64,000 nt of DNA from Dehalococcoidia bacterium (lineage in GTDB: Bacteria; Chloroflexota; Dehalococcoidia; Lucifugimonadales; G963668185). Below are positions 37,197 to 45,604 of this stretch, piece by piece. Position numbers and translations under genes: made by a program. The stretch lies in the NCBI GenBank assembly GCA_963668185.1, contig OY764162.1, positions 2,660,478-2,724,477 on the forward strand. Reading direction: 5' to 3'. A model generated the notes under the pieces. The model saw nothing but the letters and a program-made list of their open reading frames with translations. It was not told the origin of the DNA and did not search any database. How positions within the stretch are numbered: position 1 is the first letter of the stretch; every line of letters begins with the position of its first letter.

Positions 37197-38609
37197 CTAC
37201 ACAATAAGACTGATCGCCGCGCTCGCGATCCCTAGAAACAGCAGGAAGCCGATCACGTCCGTCACCGTCGTGACCAGCACCGCGGACGCCACCGCAGGGT
37301 CCAGCCCTACGCGCCGCAGGAACAGCGGCACCGCCGCGCCGACGCAGCCCGCGATCACCATGTTGCCGAGCATGGCTACTCCCAGAACCAGCCCCAGTCC
37401 CAGGTTCTGCTTCCAGAGTATCGCGATCGCCGCCACCAGCATGCCCAGCCACACCCCGTGCAGCAGCCCCAGCATCGCCTCCCGCACCAGCAGCCGGCGC
37501 GCCCCGATGCCCACCAGTTCCCCAAGCGCGATCGCCCGCACGATCAGCGTCAGCGTCTGCGTGCCGCCGATGCCGCCCTGTCCCGCGACCACCGGCAGGA
37601 ACGCCGCCAGCACCACCACCTGCGTCAGCGTCGACTCGAACAGCGCCACCGTTGCCGCCGCGAGAAACGTCGTCCCTAGGTTCACCGTGAGCCACGGCAG
37701 CCGCGTCCGCACCGAGTCGGACAGTGCGCCGTCCACCCTCTCGCCCGCCACGCTCGCCACCTGCTGCATCTGCCGCGTGTCCTGTTCCACCGTCGCGCCC
37801 AGCAGCGACTCCGCCAGAATCACGCCTTCCAGCCGGCCGTCCTTGACCACCGGCACCTGTGTCAGGTTGTAGTGCCTCTCAAGCCGGGCGCACTCCTCCG
37901 CTGGCGTGTCGGACGTCACCGTCGCCACGATTGCCGAGGCGATGTCCCGAACCGGTGTCGAGCCGTCCGCGAGCGCCAGGTCCACCATGCTGACCTGCCC
38001 TGCGAGCGCGCCGCCCTCTCCGACGGCGTACATGTGCGTGAGCTTATCCCGGTTCTCCCCGAACGCCCGCAGGCTCTCCCTCGCCGCCTCGGCCAATTCG
38101 CCCATGCCCACGGTCGGCAGCTCGGTCGACATCAGCCCGCCGGCCGTATCCGGCGAGTGGGCAAGAAGCTCGCTGGCCTCCTCAGGCTGCTCCAGCGACT
38201 CGGCCACTTTGCGGGTGGGCAGCATCGGCAGCCGGCGCAGTGTCGCCAGCGCCTGGCTCGGATGCACTTGGCTGAGCACGAACGTGAGTAGCTGCACCCC
38301 CAGCCGCGTTCCTACACGTCCCGCCACCACCGGGTTCATCTGCCGCAGCATCCACGACACCGTGTCCGGGGTCATGACCTGCACCATGGCCTCCCGGCCG
38401 CTTCGCGGCAGCCCCGCGACGATGCTTCCTATGTCGGCTGGATGGAGATACCGGATCCTCTCCCACGCCGAGCGCCCGTCTCCGGCGCTGAGCAGGTCCC
38501 GGACCTCGTCGGCGATGTCCTCCGCCTCTTCCAGCGAAATGGCCTGCGGCACAAAGGCCCCGGCTCCATGACCATGTTCGCCCCGAAACGTATTCTCGCT
38601 GTCGTTCAT
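37197..38609 (-). CDS. mgtE: Magnesium transporter MgtE
   Basis: HPADI, TAGGLM CBS pair, RLPWL.VN, GQGGIGGTQT, DPAVAS...TTVTD. Confidence 0.92.
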   Translation of the reverse strand: MNDSENTFRGEHGHGAGAFVPQAISLEEAEDIADEVRDLLSAGDGRSAWERIRYLHPADIGSIVAGLPRSGREAMVQVMTPDTVSWMLRQMNPVVAGRVGTRLGVQLLTFVLSQVHPSQALATLRRLPMLPTRKVAESLEQPEEASELLAHSPDTAGGLMSTELPTVGMGELAEAARESLRAFGENRDKLTHMYAVGEGGALAGQVSMVDLALADGSTPVRDIASAIVATVTSDTPAEECARLERHYNLTQVPVVKDGRLEGVILAESLLGATVEQDTRQMQQVASVAGERVDGALSDSVRTRLPWLTVNLGTTFLAAATVALFESTLTQVVVLAAFLPVVAGQGGIGGTQTLTLIVRAIALGELVGIGARRLLVREAMLGLLHGVWLGMLVAAIAILWKQNLGLGLVLGVAMLGNMVIAGCVGAAVPLFLRRVGLDPAVASAVLVTTVTDVIGFLLFLGIASAAISLIV

Positions 38610-38663
38610 GCTTGATCTCCGTGTAGCCTGGTTCTTCGTCGACGCTCCCCCATAAACGCAAGA

Positions 38664-38695
38664 ACGGTGCGGACCCCTTTCCGGCCCCGCACCGT
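38664..38695 (-). terminator. Hairpin after hsp20
   Basis: ACGGTGCGG...CCGCACCGT stem with TTCTT tail on the minus strand. Confidence 0.45.
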
Positions 38696-38724
38696 CCTAT
38701 GCTCGATGAAGCCGAAGCTGCCGC

Positions 38725-39201
38725 CTAGCTTCCGCCGCCCTCCAGCGTCGGCGCGTCTCCGACCTGCACCGTCAGCTGCCTCGCGCGCTTCTCCTCCGCC
38801 TTCGGTACCGTGATCGTCAGCACCCCGTGCTCGTATCGCGGCGCCACCTTGTCCGGCGCCACCGAGTCCGGCAGCCGCAGCGCCCGGTGGAACGACCCCG
38901 TCCTCCGCTCGCGCATGAGGTACGTGTCGCCTTCCTCCCGGTGCGACTCGGCGGTCTCGCCCTTGATCGTCAGCACGTTGTCCTCTATCGAGACCTGGAT
39001 GTCCTCCGGCGCCACTCCCGGCATCGACGCTCGGATCACCGTGTCGTCCCCGTTCCTCGTCACGTCCAGCGGCACAGCCCACGCCTCGATCTCAGGCGTC
39101 TCCGCCGGGTTCCGCGAAGAAGTGCCCACTCTCCGCCACAGCTTGTCCATCGCGTCCTGCATCTGCCTCATGTCGCTGAACGGGTCCCATCTCTGTACCA
39201 T
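38725..39201 (-). CDS. Hsp20/alpha-crystallin small heat shock protein
   Basis: WDPFSD, PLDV, ASMPGV, ERRTGSFHRAL.LP, YEHGVLTITVPK; start at MVQRWD. Confidence 0.93.
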   Translation of the reverse strand: MVQRWDPFSDMRQMQDAMDKLWRRVGTSSRNPAETPEIEAWAVPLDVTRNGDDTVIRASMPGVAPEDIQVSIEDNVLTIKGETAESHREEGDTYLMRERRTGSFHRALRLPDSVAPDKVAPRYEHGVLTITVPKAEEKRARQLTVQVGDAPTLEGGGS

Positions 39202-39314
39202 CTCCACATGTCTCCTTCTCGTCTTGACTCTTGCCGTATTAAGACCGTTCGCCCTGAGCTTGTCGAAGGGCCTTGCCGCCACATCGCAACCTCCTGACGT
39301 GCTATACGCCTTGA

Positions 39315-39343
39315 AGTATATGGCTTGATACAGTCCGTGTCAA
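39315..39343 (-). promoter_or_regulatory. Sigma70-type promoter of hsp20
   Basis: Minus strand TTGACA, 17-bp spacer, TATACT. Confidence 0.75.
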
Positions 39344-39344
39344 G
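39324..39344. promoter_or_regulatory. HAIR-like HspR operator
   Basis: CTTGATA-N7-TGTCAAG versus consensus CTTGAGT-N7-ACTCAAG; overlaps the hsp20 -35. Confidence 0.65.
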
Positions 39345-39380
39345 TCTATGTCTAGAACGCTACATGACACGGATACGCAG

Positions 39381-39409
39381 TTGACAAGCCGCTCGCCATG
39401 CGATATAAA
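39381..39409 (+). promoter_or_regulatory. Sigma70-type promoter of hspR
   Basis: TTGACA, 17-bp spacer, TATAAA; ATG at 39419. Confidence 0.75.
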
Positions 39410-39418
39410 CCACCTGCA

Positions 39419-39868
39419 ATGGCTATGAGACAGGCGCAGGGCATATACCTCATAAGCATGGTCGCCGAAACGCTCGACATGCACCCGCAGACACTCCGCA
39501 AGTACGAGCGCGCCGGCTTGGTCGAGCCGCTGCGTATGGGCACGCTCCGCACCTACTCCGACGAGGACATCGCCCGCCTCCGGCTGATCAAGCACTTCGT
39601 CGAGGGCCTGGGCCTCAACCTCGCCGGAGTCGAGATGGCCCTCTCCGTCACCAGCGATCTGCTGGAGCTTCGCCGGACGCTCGTCCGCGTGGCCGGCACC
39701 TCAACGGAGGTCGACCGCTCGCTCAGAAGGGTGGACCGCATGCTCGCCGGTTACGGCATCAGGGTCATAGACCGGAGCGCGCAGCACGACCCCCCCGGCC
39801 AAGAGACCACCGGCTACAGGCTGACCGTCAACGCCGAAGAGTCCGTCCACTTCACAGCACCCCGCTGA
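39419..39868 (+). CDS. hspR: MerR-family heat shock repressor HspR-like
   Basis: YLISMVAETLDMHPQTLRKYERAGL...R.YSDEDI...GLNLAGV; divergent from hsp20; start moved downstream of the promoter. Confidence 0.8.
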   Translation: MAMRQAQGIYLISMVAETLDMHPQTLRKYERAGLVEPLRMGTLRTYSDEDIARLRLIKHFVEGLGLNLAGVEMALSVTSDLLELRRTLVRVAGTSTEVDRSLRRVDRMLAGYGIRVIDRSAQHDPPGQETTGYRLTVNAEESVHFTAPR

Positions 39869-39869
39869 C

Positions 39870-40070
39870 CGCCCCAAATCCCCGTTCGCCCTCGTAGGGG
39901 CCGTTCGCGAACGGCCCTCCCCCCAACCCGTTCACCCTCGTAGTGGCGGGTCTCAGACCCGCCTTCCCCCGCAGATATCGCTGCCCGAAACACGCCCGTA
40001 GGCGCTGTTCCCGAACCACCCTCCCCCAAACCCCTTCACCCCCGTAGGGGCCGTTCGCGAACGGCCCTTG
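39870..40070. repeat. BIME-like tandem of four GTAG-tagged hairpins
   Basis: GTAG tags at 39894, 39940, 39998, 40044 with related C-rich linkers. Confidence 0.8.
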
Positions 40071-40077
40071 CCGCCCG

Positions 40078-41079
40078 CTATCCCCCCATCCGCCTCGCGA
40101 TCGCCGACGTCTCCACGCTCTCGGCCAGCAGCTTCGTAATCGCGTACACCGCCTTCGCGCTCGGCATAGGTACTTCCAGAATCTCGCCAATGTCGATCGG
40201 CGCGCCCACGACCGCGTCCAACTCAATTGACCGCGACGACTCCACGTCTTGAAGCATCGACGTCTTGTGCGGCCCCAACCCGCCCGCGATAACCGCCATG
40301 TTCTCGTTGATAGGCGTCGGCGCCTCCACCCCCAGCGCCTGGGCCACTTCGTTCCCCTCCTCCATCACCGCCCGCACGAGGTCCAGCACCTCCGAGTCCC
40401 AGCTAATCTCTCCGACGGTCGCCCTTGTAAGCGCGCTGATAGGGTTCATGCTCATGTTCTTCAGCAGCTTGTCCCATATCTCGGCCCGTATCTGAGGCGT
40501 CACCTCGCAGCGGACGCCCGCCGCCGCCATCGCCTCGGCCAGCGTCGAGCATCGCTCGCTCATCGCCCCGTCCGGCTCGCCTATCGAAATCTGGTTGCCC
40601 ATCAGGTGCTCCACAACGCCCGGCTCCGGCAACGAAGCCGCGAGGTCCGACACCACGCACCCGATCACGCGCTCGATTGGAATCTCCGCCGCCAGCCCGT
40701 CCGGGTCCAGCCGTTCCAGCATCGTCCCTTCCAGGTCGCCGCCGTGCCGCAGGAAGTACCACCACGGCATCCCGTTCTGCACCGTCACCACCGCCGTTCG
40801 CTCTCCCAGCAGCGGCGGCAGGCTCGGCGCAACCTCCGGCACGCTGTACGCCTTCACCGTCAGCAGCACGTAGTCCGCTGCGCCCGGCTCCCCGTAGTTG
40901 TCCGTCGCGCGCAGGCTTGTAGAAAAATCCCCGATCGGGCTCCGCACGGCCACGTCCCCCGCGCGCAGCGCTTTGAGTTTGCGCCCCCTCGCGATGAGCC
41001 ACGCCTCGTTCCCCGCCGCGCTCAGCTTCGCTCCCAGGTAAGTGCCTATGGCCCCCGCGCCAACAATCACGAACTTCAT
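40078..41079 (-). CDS. Ketopantoate reductase (PanE/ApbA) family protein
   Basis: GAGAIG, LTVKAY, VQNG, IWDKLLKN...NP, KTSMLQD...ELDA. Confidence 0.88.
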   Translation of the reverse strand: MKFVIVGAGAIGTYLGAKLSAAGNEAWLIARGRKLKALRAGDVAVRSPIGDFSTSLRATDNYGEPGAADYVLLTVKAYSVPEVAPSLPPLLGERTAVVTVQNGMPWWYFLRHGGDLEGTMLERLDPDGLAAEIPIERVIGCVVSDLAASLPEPGVVEHLMGNQISIGEPDGAMSERCSTLAEAMAAAGVRCEVTPQIRAEIWDKLLKNMSMNPISALTRATVGEISWDSEVLDLVRAVMEEGNEVAQALGVEAPTPINENMAVIAGGLGPHKTSMLQDVESSRSIELDAVVGAPIDIGEILEVPMPSAKAVYAITKLLAESVETSAIARRMGG

Positions 41080-41211
41080 TCCGCCAACCTCCGATCTCTA
41101 TATCTGCCGTTCAGCGCCGTGCTTCACCGATTGCGCTCACGCTGAAAGTATAAAGCCTTCGCATTCCGCAGGGGCCGAAAGCGGGTTAGAATCCCGGCGC
41201 AGGAGACGCCT

Positions 41212-41676
41212 GTGAAGAAAGTGTGGTCCGGGATAGTAGCCGTAGCCAGCGACTCCCTGGCATGGAAGGCGCTCTTAGTCGCAGCGTTGATCTACATCGC
41301 CTTGTATGTAGCGACTGACGTGTTGTTGGATAAAGACACCGCGGCTGGAGCTAAGGCCGCCGTACTCGCCCTTATTGCGGCGACCGGGATCGGCATCAAC
41401 ACGATCCCCGTAAGGGCGATGAAGGAGCCTAGCGTCCTAGACGATCAGGACACACCCCGCTGGATTCAACGGATGCGGAGATATCGAAGCGGGTTTGCGT
41501 CGGTAGTGGATGGCGTCGCAGTGGCCATACCTGCTACGGGCGGTTGGTTCGCCGCACAGCAATGGCTGCTGAGCGAAAGTACCGATAACTCATACTACGT
41601 GCTGATGACGCTGCTGGGCATGATAGCCCACGCGGGACTGTACCTCAGTCTAATGAGCCGGTTCCATCGGGGTTAG
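41212..41676 (+). CDS. Hypothetical membrane protein (about 4 TM)
   Basis: TAGAAT -10 and AGGAG RBS upstream; hydrophobic segments; lower GC. Confidence 0.65.
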   Translation: MKKVWSGIVAVASDSLAWKALLVAALIYIALYVATDVLLDKDTAAGAKAAVLALIAATGIGINTIPVRAMKEPSVLDDQDTPRWIQRMRRYRSGFASVVDGVAVAIPATGGWFAAQQWLLSESTDNSYYVLMTLLGMIAHAGLYLSLMSRFHRG

Positions 41677-41765
41677 ATTTTGAAATAGAGCCACACTCCC
41701 CAGGCAATCACGCTGAAGAACCCGATACTCCCCCAGATCATGCGCGTCTTCCGGTCCTTGTCCAT
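41673..41765 (-). CDS. 30-aa single-TM small protein
   Basis: MDKDRKTRMIWGSIGFFSVIAWGVWLYFKI; GGAGG RBS and TGnTATCCT extended -10 upstream. Confidence 0.5.
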   Translation of the reverse strand: MDKDRKTRMIWGSIGFFSVIAWGVWLYFKI

Positions 41766-41862
41766 GCTGCCCCTCCATAGTGCTAGGATAGCACACACCG
41801 CCGCGCCCGCCGGGGCAGTGCCAGGGTCTTTTCGTTTTCCGTTCGCCCTTGTATCTTGACTA

Positions 41863-41990
41863 TCCCTTCTCCCTTGAGAGCCTGCCCTGAGTCTGTCCAA
41901 GGGGTGAGAGCAAAAGTCCCTTCCCCAGTCTGCTGGGGAAGGCTAGGATGGGGTTTCCCCTCACCGTTCGCCCTGAACTTGTCGAAGGGC
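41863..41990. repeat. Composite repeat cluster
   Basis: Hairpin with nested 24-bp module (41878-41901), CCCTTCCCCAG type (41918), CCGTTCGCCCTGAACTTGTCGAAGGG (41964). Confidence 0.8.
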
Positions 41991-42039
41991 CACTAACCAC
42001 CAGCCACTAAAAACCAAAAACTAAAGGAAGGCACTCACA

Positions 42040-42960
42040 ATGACCGCCACCCGCTGGTACAAAGGCAACATCCACACCCACACCAACCTGTCCGACGGCG
42101 ACGCCACGCCCGAAGTGGCCGTCCGCTGGTACCGCGACCACGAGTACGACTTCCTCGTTCTCAGCGACCACAACCACCTCACCCTCTACGAGCACGCCGA
42201 GTCCGACTCCGGCGCGCCCCTGATGGTCCCCGGCGAGGAGGTCACCGTCGGCCTGCCGAACCCGGGGAAGCAGTACCAGATCCCCGTCCACATCATCGCC
42301 ATCGGCATCGACCGCATGGTCGAGCCCATCGACGCCGGCGACGTCGTCACCACCCTCCAGGCCAACATAAACGCCATCGCCGAGGCGGGAGGCATCTCCT
42401 CGATCGCCCACCCGAACTACCGTTGGGCCTTCGACCACCGCGAGATCGCCGCCGTCTCCGGCGCCGCCTGCATGGAGATCTTCACGCCGGACAGCAACAT
42501 AGACGGCGCGCCCGGCCGCTACAGCACGGAGCAGATCTGGGACAACGTCCTCTCCGCCGGGCGACCCATCTGGGGCGTCGCCGTAGACGATACCCACGAC
42601 TATTACGACTTCGCCCCCGGCAAGTTCAACCCCGGCAAAGGCTGGATCGTCGTCCGTGCCGCCGAACTCACGCGCGACGCCATCGTCGGCGGCATCGAGC
42701 GCGGCGACTTCTACGCCTCCACCGGCGTCGAACTCGACGAACTTGAAATCGACGAAGAAGGCATCAGTCTCCGCGTCCGCCAGAACGAAGACTGGGAATA
42801 CGCCGTCACCTTCACAGGCCGCGGCGGTACGACATTCGCCCAGACCGCCGGCCCCGAAGCCACCTACCGCTTCCGCGGCAACGAAGGCTACATCCGGGCC
42901 ACCGTAACCTGCTCCAACCCCATCAAAGCCTGGACCCAACCCGTCTTCCTGAGCGAGTAG
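42040..42960 (+). CDS. PHP-domain metallohydrolase (CehA/McbA-like), copy 1
   Basis: KGNIHTHT..SDG, SDHN, GEEVT, AHPN, VDDTHD. Confidence 0.85.
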   Translation: MTATRWYKGNIHTHTNLSDGDATPEVAVRWYRDHEYDFLVLSDHNHLTLYEHAESDSGAPLMVPGEEVTVGLPNPGKQYQIPVHIIAIGIDRMVEPIDAGDVVTTLQANINAIAEAGGISSIAHPNYRWAFDHREIAAVSGAACMEIFTPDSNIDGAPGRYSTEQIWDNVLSAGRPIWGVAVDDTHDYYDFAPGKFNPGKGWIVVRAAELTRDAIVGGIERGDFYASTGVELDELEIDEEGISLRVRQNEDWEYAVTFTGRGGTTFAQTAGPEATYRFRGNEGYIRATVTCSNPIKAWTQPVFLSE

Positions 42961-43023
42961 CAACACCCATCCCATCCGTCTGGGTGACGATTTGCAAATC
43001 GAAGCCGTTCAAGAGGAACGAAA

Positions 43024-43950
43024 ATGACCGGGACTCGTTGGTACAAGGGCAACATTCACACCCATACCGACCTGTCGGATGGCGACGCCACGCCCGAAGT
43101 CGCCGTCCGCTGGTACCGCGACCACGAGTACGACTTCCTCGTCCTCAGCGACCACAACCACCTAACCCTCTACGAACACGCCGAATCACAGTCCGGGCGT
43201 CCTCTGATGATTCCCGGCGAAGAGGTCACCGTCAACATCCCGAGGCCCGTCCGGGACCACCCTCTTCCGGCTCCCGTCCACGTCATCGCCATCGGCATCC
43301 GCAGGGTTGTCGAACCAATAAACACAGGCGATATAGTGACGACTCTCCAGGCCAACATCGACGCCGTCGCGGAGGCTGGCGGCATCTCCTCGATCGCCCA
43401 CCCCAACTACTTGTGGGCGTTCGATCACCGAGAGATCGCTGCCGTCAGCGGCGCGGCCTGCATGGAGATAGCCTCGCCGCACCGCAACGACAACGGCGCT
43501 CCCGGCCGCTACAGCACAATGCAGATTTGGGACAACGTACTCTCGGCCGGTCGGCCCATCTGGGGCGTCGCCGTCGACGACGCGCACAACTACTACGACT
43601 TCGGCCCCGGAATGTACAACCCTGGCAAGGGCTGGATCGTCGTCCGTGCCGCCGAACTTTCGCAGGACGCCATCGTCAACGGCATAGAGCGCGGCGACTT
43701 CTACGCCTCCACCGGCATAGAACTGGACGAACTGGAGACCGACGCCGAGGGCATCCGCCTCCGCATCCGCCAGCACGAAGACTGGGAGTACATCGTCACC
43801 TTCACAGGCCGCGGCGGTACGACATTCGCCCAGATCGCCGGCCCCGAAGCCACCTACCGCTTCCGCGGCAACGAAGGCTACATCCGAGCCACCGTAACCT
43901 GCTCCAACCCCATCAAAGCCTGGACCCAACCCATCTTCCTCAGCCAATAA
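43024..43950 (+). CDS. PHP-domain metallohydrolase (CehA/McbA-like), copy 2
   Basis: Tandem paralog of 42040-42960 with the same metal-ligand motifs. Confidence 0.85.
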   Translation: MTGTRWYKGNIHTHTDLSDGDATPEVAVRWYRDHEYDFLVLSDHNHLTLYEHAESQSGRPLMIPGEEVTVNIPRPVRDHPLPAPVHVIAIGIRRVVEPINTGDIVTTLQANIDAVAEAGGISSIAHPNYLWAFDHREIAAVSGAACMEIASPHRNDNGAPGRYSTMQIWDNVLSAGRPIWGVAVDDAHNYYDFGPGMYNPGKGWIVVRAAELSQDAIVNGIERGDFYASTGIELDELETDAEGIRLRIRQHEDWEYIVTFTGRGGTTFAQIAGPEATYRFRGNEGYIRATVTCSNPIKAWTQPIFLSQ

Positions 43951-43980
43951 CTGCGTCAACACAAGGGCTGCGTCGTCAAT

Positions 43981-44042
43981 GTAGGGGCGCTTCGCGAAGC
44001 GCCCTCCCCCTCGCCCCGTTCGCCCTGAGCCTGTCGAAGGGC
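43981..44042. repeat. GTAG hairpin plus CCGTTCGCCCTGAGCCTGTCGAAGGG
   Basis: Same two-part layout as 24543-24604. Confidence 0.8.
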
Positions 44043-44131
44043 CTCGCGCAAAACGCCGCCCGCCCTCACCGTCTATAATGCGCCCCCATACCCGAAACAC
44101 CCCGGCAGCGCCCGGCAAAGGAACAACCCGA

Positions 44132-45457
44132 ATGCCCACTCAGATCGAAGAACGCTTCATCCAACTGCACCCCAACTCCGCCGAGCGTTACGCCCAGTCC
44201 CGCGAAGTCTTCCCCGACGGAGTGACCCACGACGCCCGCCGCCTCAGGCCCTTCTCCCTGTTCTTCACCCACGCCGAAGGCCCCGCCAAGTGGGACGTCG
44301 ACGGCAACCGCGTCATCGACTACTTCGCCGGGCACGGCGCGCTGATCCTCGGCCACTCCAACCCCGCCATCGTCGAGGCCGTCACCGAGCAGATCACGAA
44401 GGCAACCCACCTCGGCGGCTGCGGCGACATGGAGAACGAGTGGGGCCGCCGCGTCAAGAACCTGATCCCCTCCGCCGAGCGCGTGCGCTTCACAAGCTCC
44501 GGCACAGAAGCCACCATGATGGCCCTCAAGCTCGCCCGCGCCTACACCGGCAAAGACAAGATCATCAAGTTCGAGGAGCACTTCCACGGCTGGCACGACT
44601 ACGTCGTCGTCGGCTCCGGGTCCGGCGGCGTCCCCGGCGCGACCGCCGGCACCGTGATCGTGCTCCCGCCCAACGACATCGGCCTCGTCGCCCAGGCCGT
44701 CCGCGATAACGACGTCGCCGCCATCATCATCGAACCCACCGGCGCGCACATGGGCGCGGACCCCGTCAATCCCGCCTTCCTGACCGAACTTCGCCAGCTG
44801 ACGGAGCAGGAGGGCGTCGTCCTCATCTTCGACGAAGTCGTGACCGGCTTCCGCACCTCGAAGGGCGGCGCGCAGGCCTTCTACGGCGTCACGCCCGATC
44901 TCACCACCATGGCTAAGATACTCGCCGGCGGCCTTCCCGGCGGCGGCGTCGCCGGCAAGGCCGAGATCGTGAACATGATCGAGAGTAGCGGCAACGCCCT
45001 GCACGACGCCGCCGAGCGCGTCTCGCACCCCGGCACCTTCAACGCCAACCCGCTCTCCGCCGCCGCCGGCGCGAAGGGCCTCGAACTCATCGAGACCACG
45101 CCCGTAAACGACACCGTCGACGCCATGGGAACCCGCCTCCGCGACGGCCTGAACGATCTCCTGTCCCGCATGGAGGTCCCCGGCTGCGCCTGCGGACACC
45201 CGTCAGCCGTCTTCCTGCGCCTCGGACTCGACCGCGAGTGCGACGGAGGCGCCCACTGCTCCGCCTCGCTCGAAGAGATGCACGCCGCCAGGAACGGCGC
45301 AGTCGAGTCCCAGCTGAACCTCGCGCTCCTCAACCACGGCGTCCAGAGCGGCACCCGCTTCCTGCTCACCGCCTCCCACACCGAGCAGGACATCGACACC
45401 ACCATAGCCGCCGCCGAAGCCGCCCTCCACGAAGTCCGCACTGAAGGCCTAATCTAA
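44132..45457 (+). CDS. Class III aminotransferase (glutamate-1-semialdehyde aminomutase-like)
   Basis: WDVDGN..IDY, RFTSSGTEAT, FHGWHD, LIFDEVVTGFR, PLP Lys in TTMAKILAGG, GTFNANP. Confidence 0.9.
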   Translation: MPTQIEERFIQLHPNSAERYAQSREVFPDGVTHDARRLRPFSLFFTHAEGPAKWDVDGNRVIDYFAGHGALILGHSNPAIVEAVTEQITKATHLGGCGDMENEWGRRVKNLIPSAERVRFTSSGTEATMMALKLARAYTGKDKIIKFEEHFHGWHDYVVVGSGSGGVPGATAGTVIVLPPNDIGLVAQAVRDNDVAAIIIEPTGAHMGADPVNPAFLTELRQLTEQEGVVLIFDEVVTGFRTSKGGAQAFYGVTPDLTTMAKILAGGLPGGGVAGKAEIVNMIESSGNALHDAAERVSHPGTFNANPLSAAAGAKGLELIETTPVNDTVDAMGTRLRDGLNDLLSRMEVPGCACGHPSAVFLRLGLDRECDGGAHCSASLEEMHAARNGAVESQLNLALLNHGVQSGTRFLLTASHTEQDIDTTIAAAEAALHEVRTEGLI

Positions 45458-45604
45458 GCGCCGCAGAACTGGTTGCTGTGCGATTCCGAGCGAATGTTCC
45501 CTCTAACTGTCATTCTGAGGAGCGCAGCGACGAAGAATCTAAGACTTCCCGCCCACAGCGTCACCGCCGCTAAGCCGTAAGTACCCCAGCAAGACGCCCG
45601 CCCC

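Noticed and set aside
39870-40070. Regularly spaced repeats resembling a CRISPR array
   Set aside because: Units are hairpins with variable stems and related C-rich linkers rather than unique spacers; no cas genes; same family is dispersed through the window
41990-42030. Low-complexity CCACTA-like runs (also 50505-50555)
   Set aside because: Short and degenerate; cannot distinguish from local compositional bias
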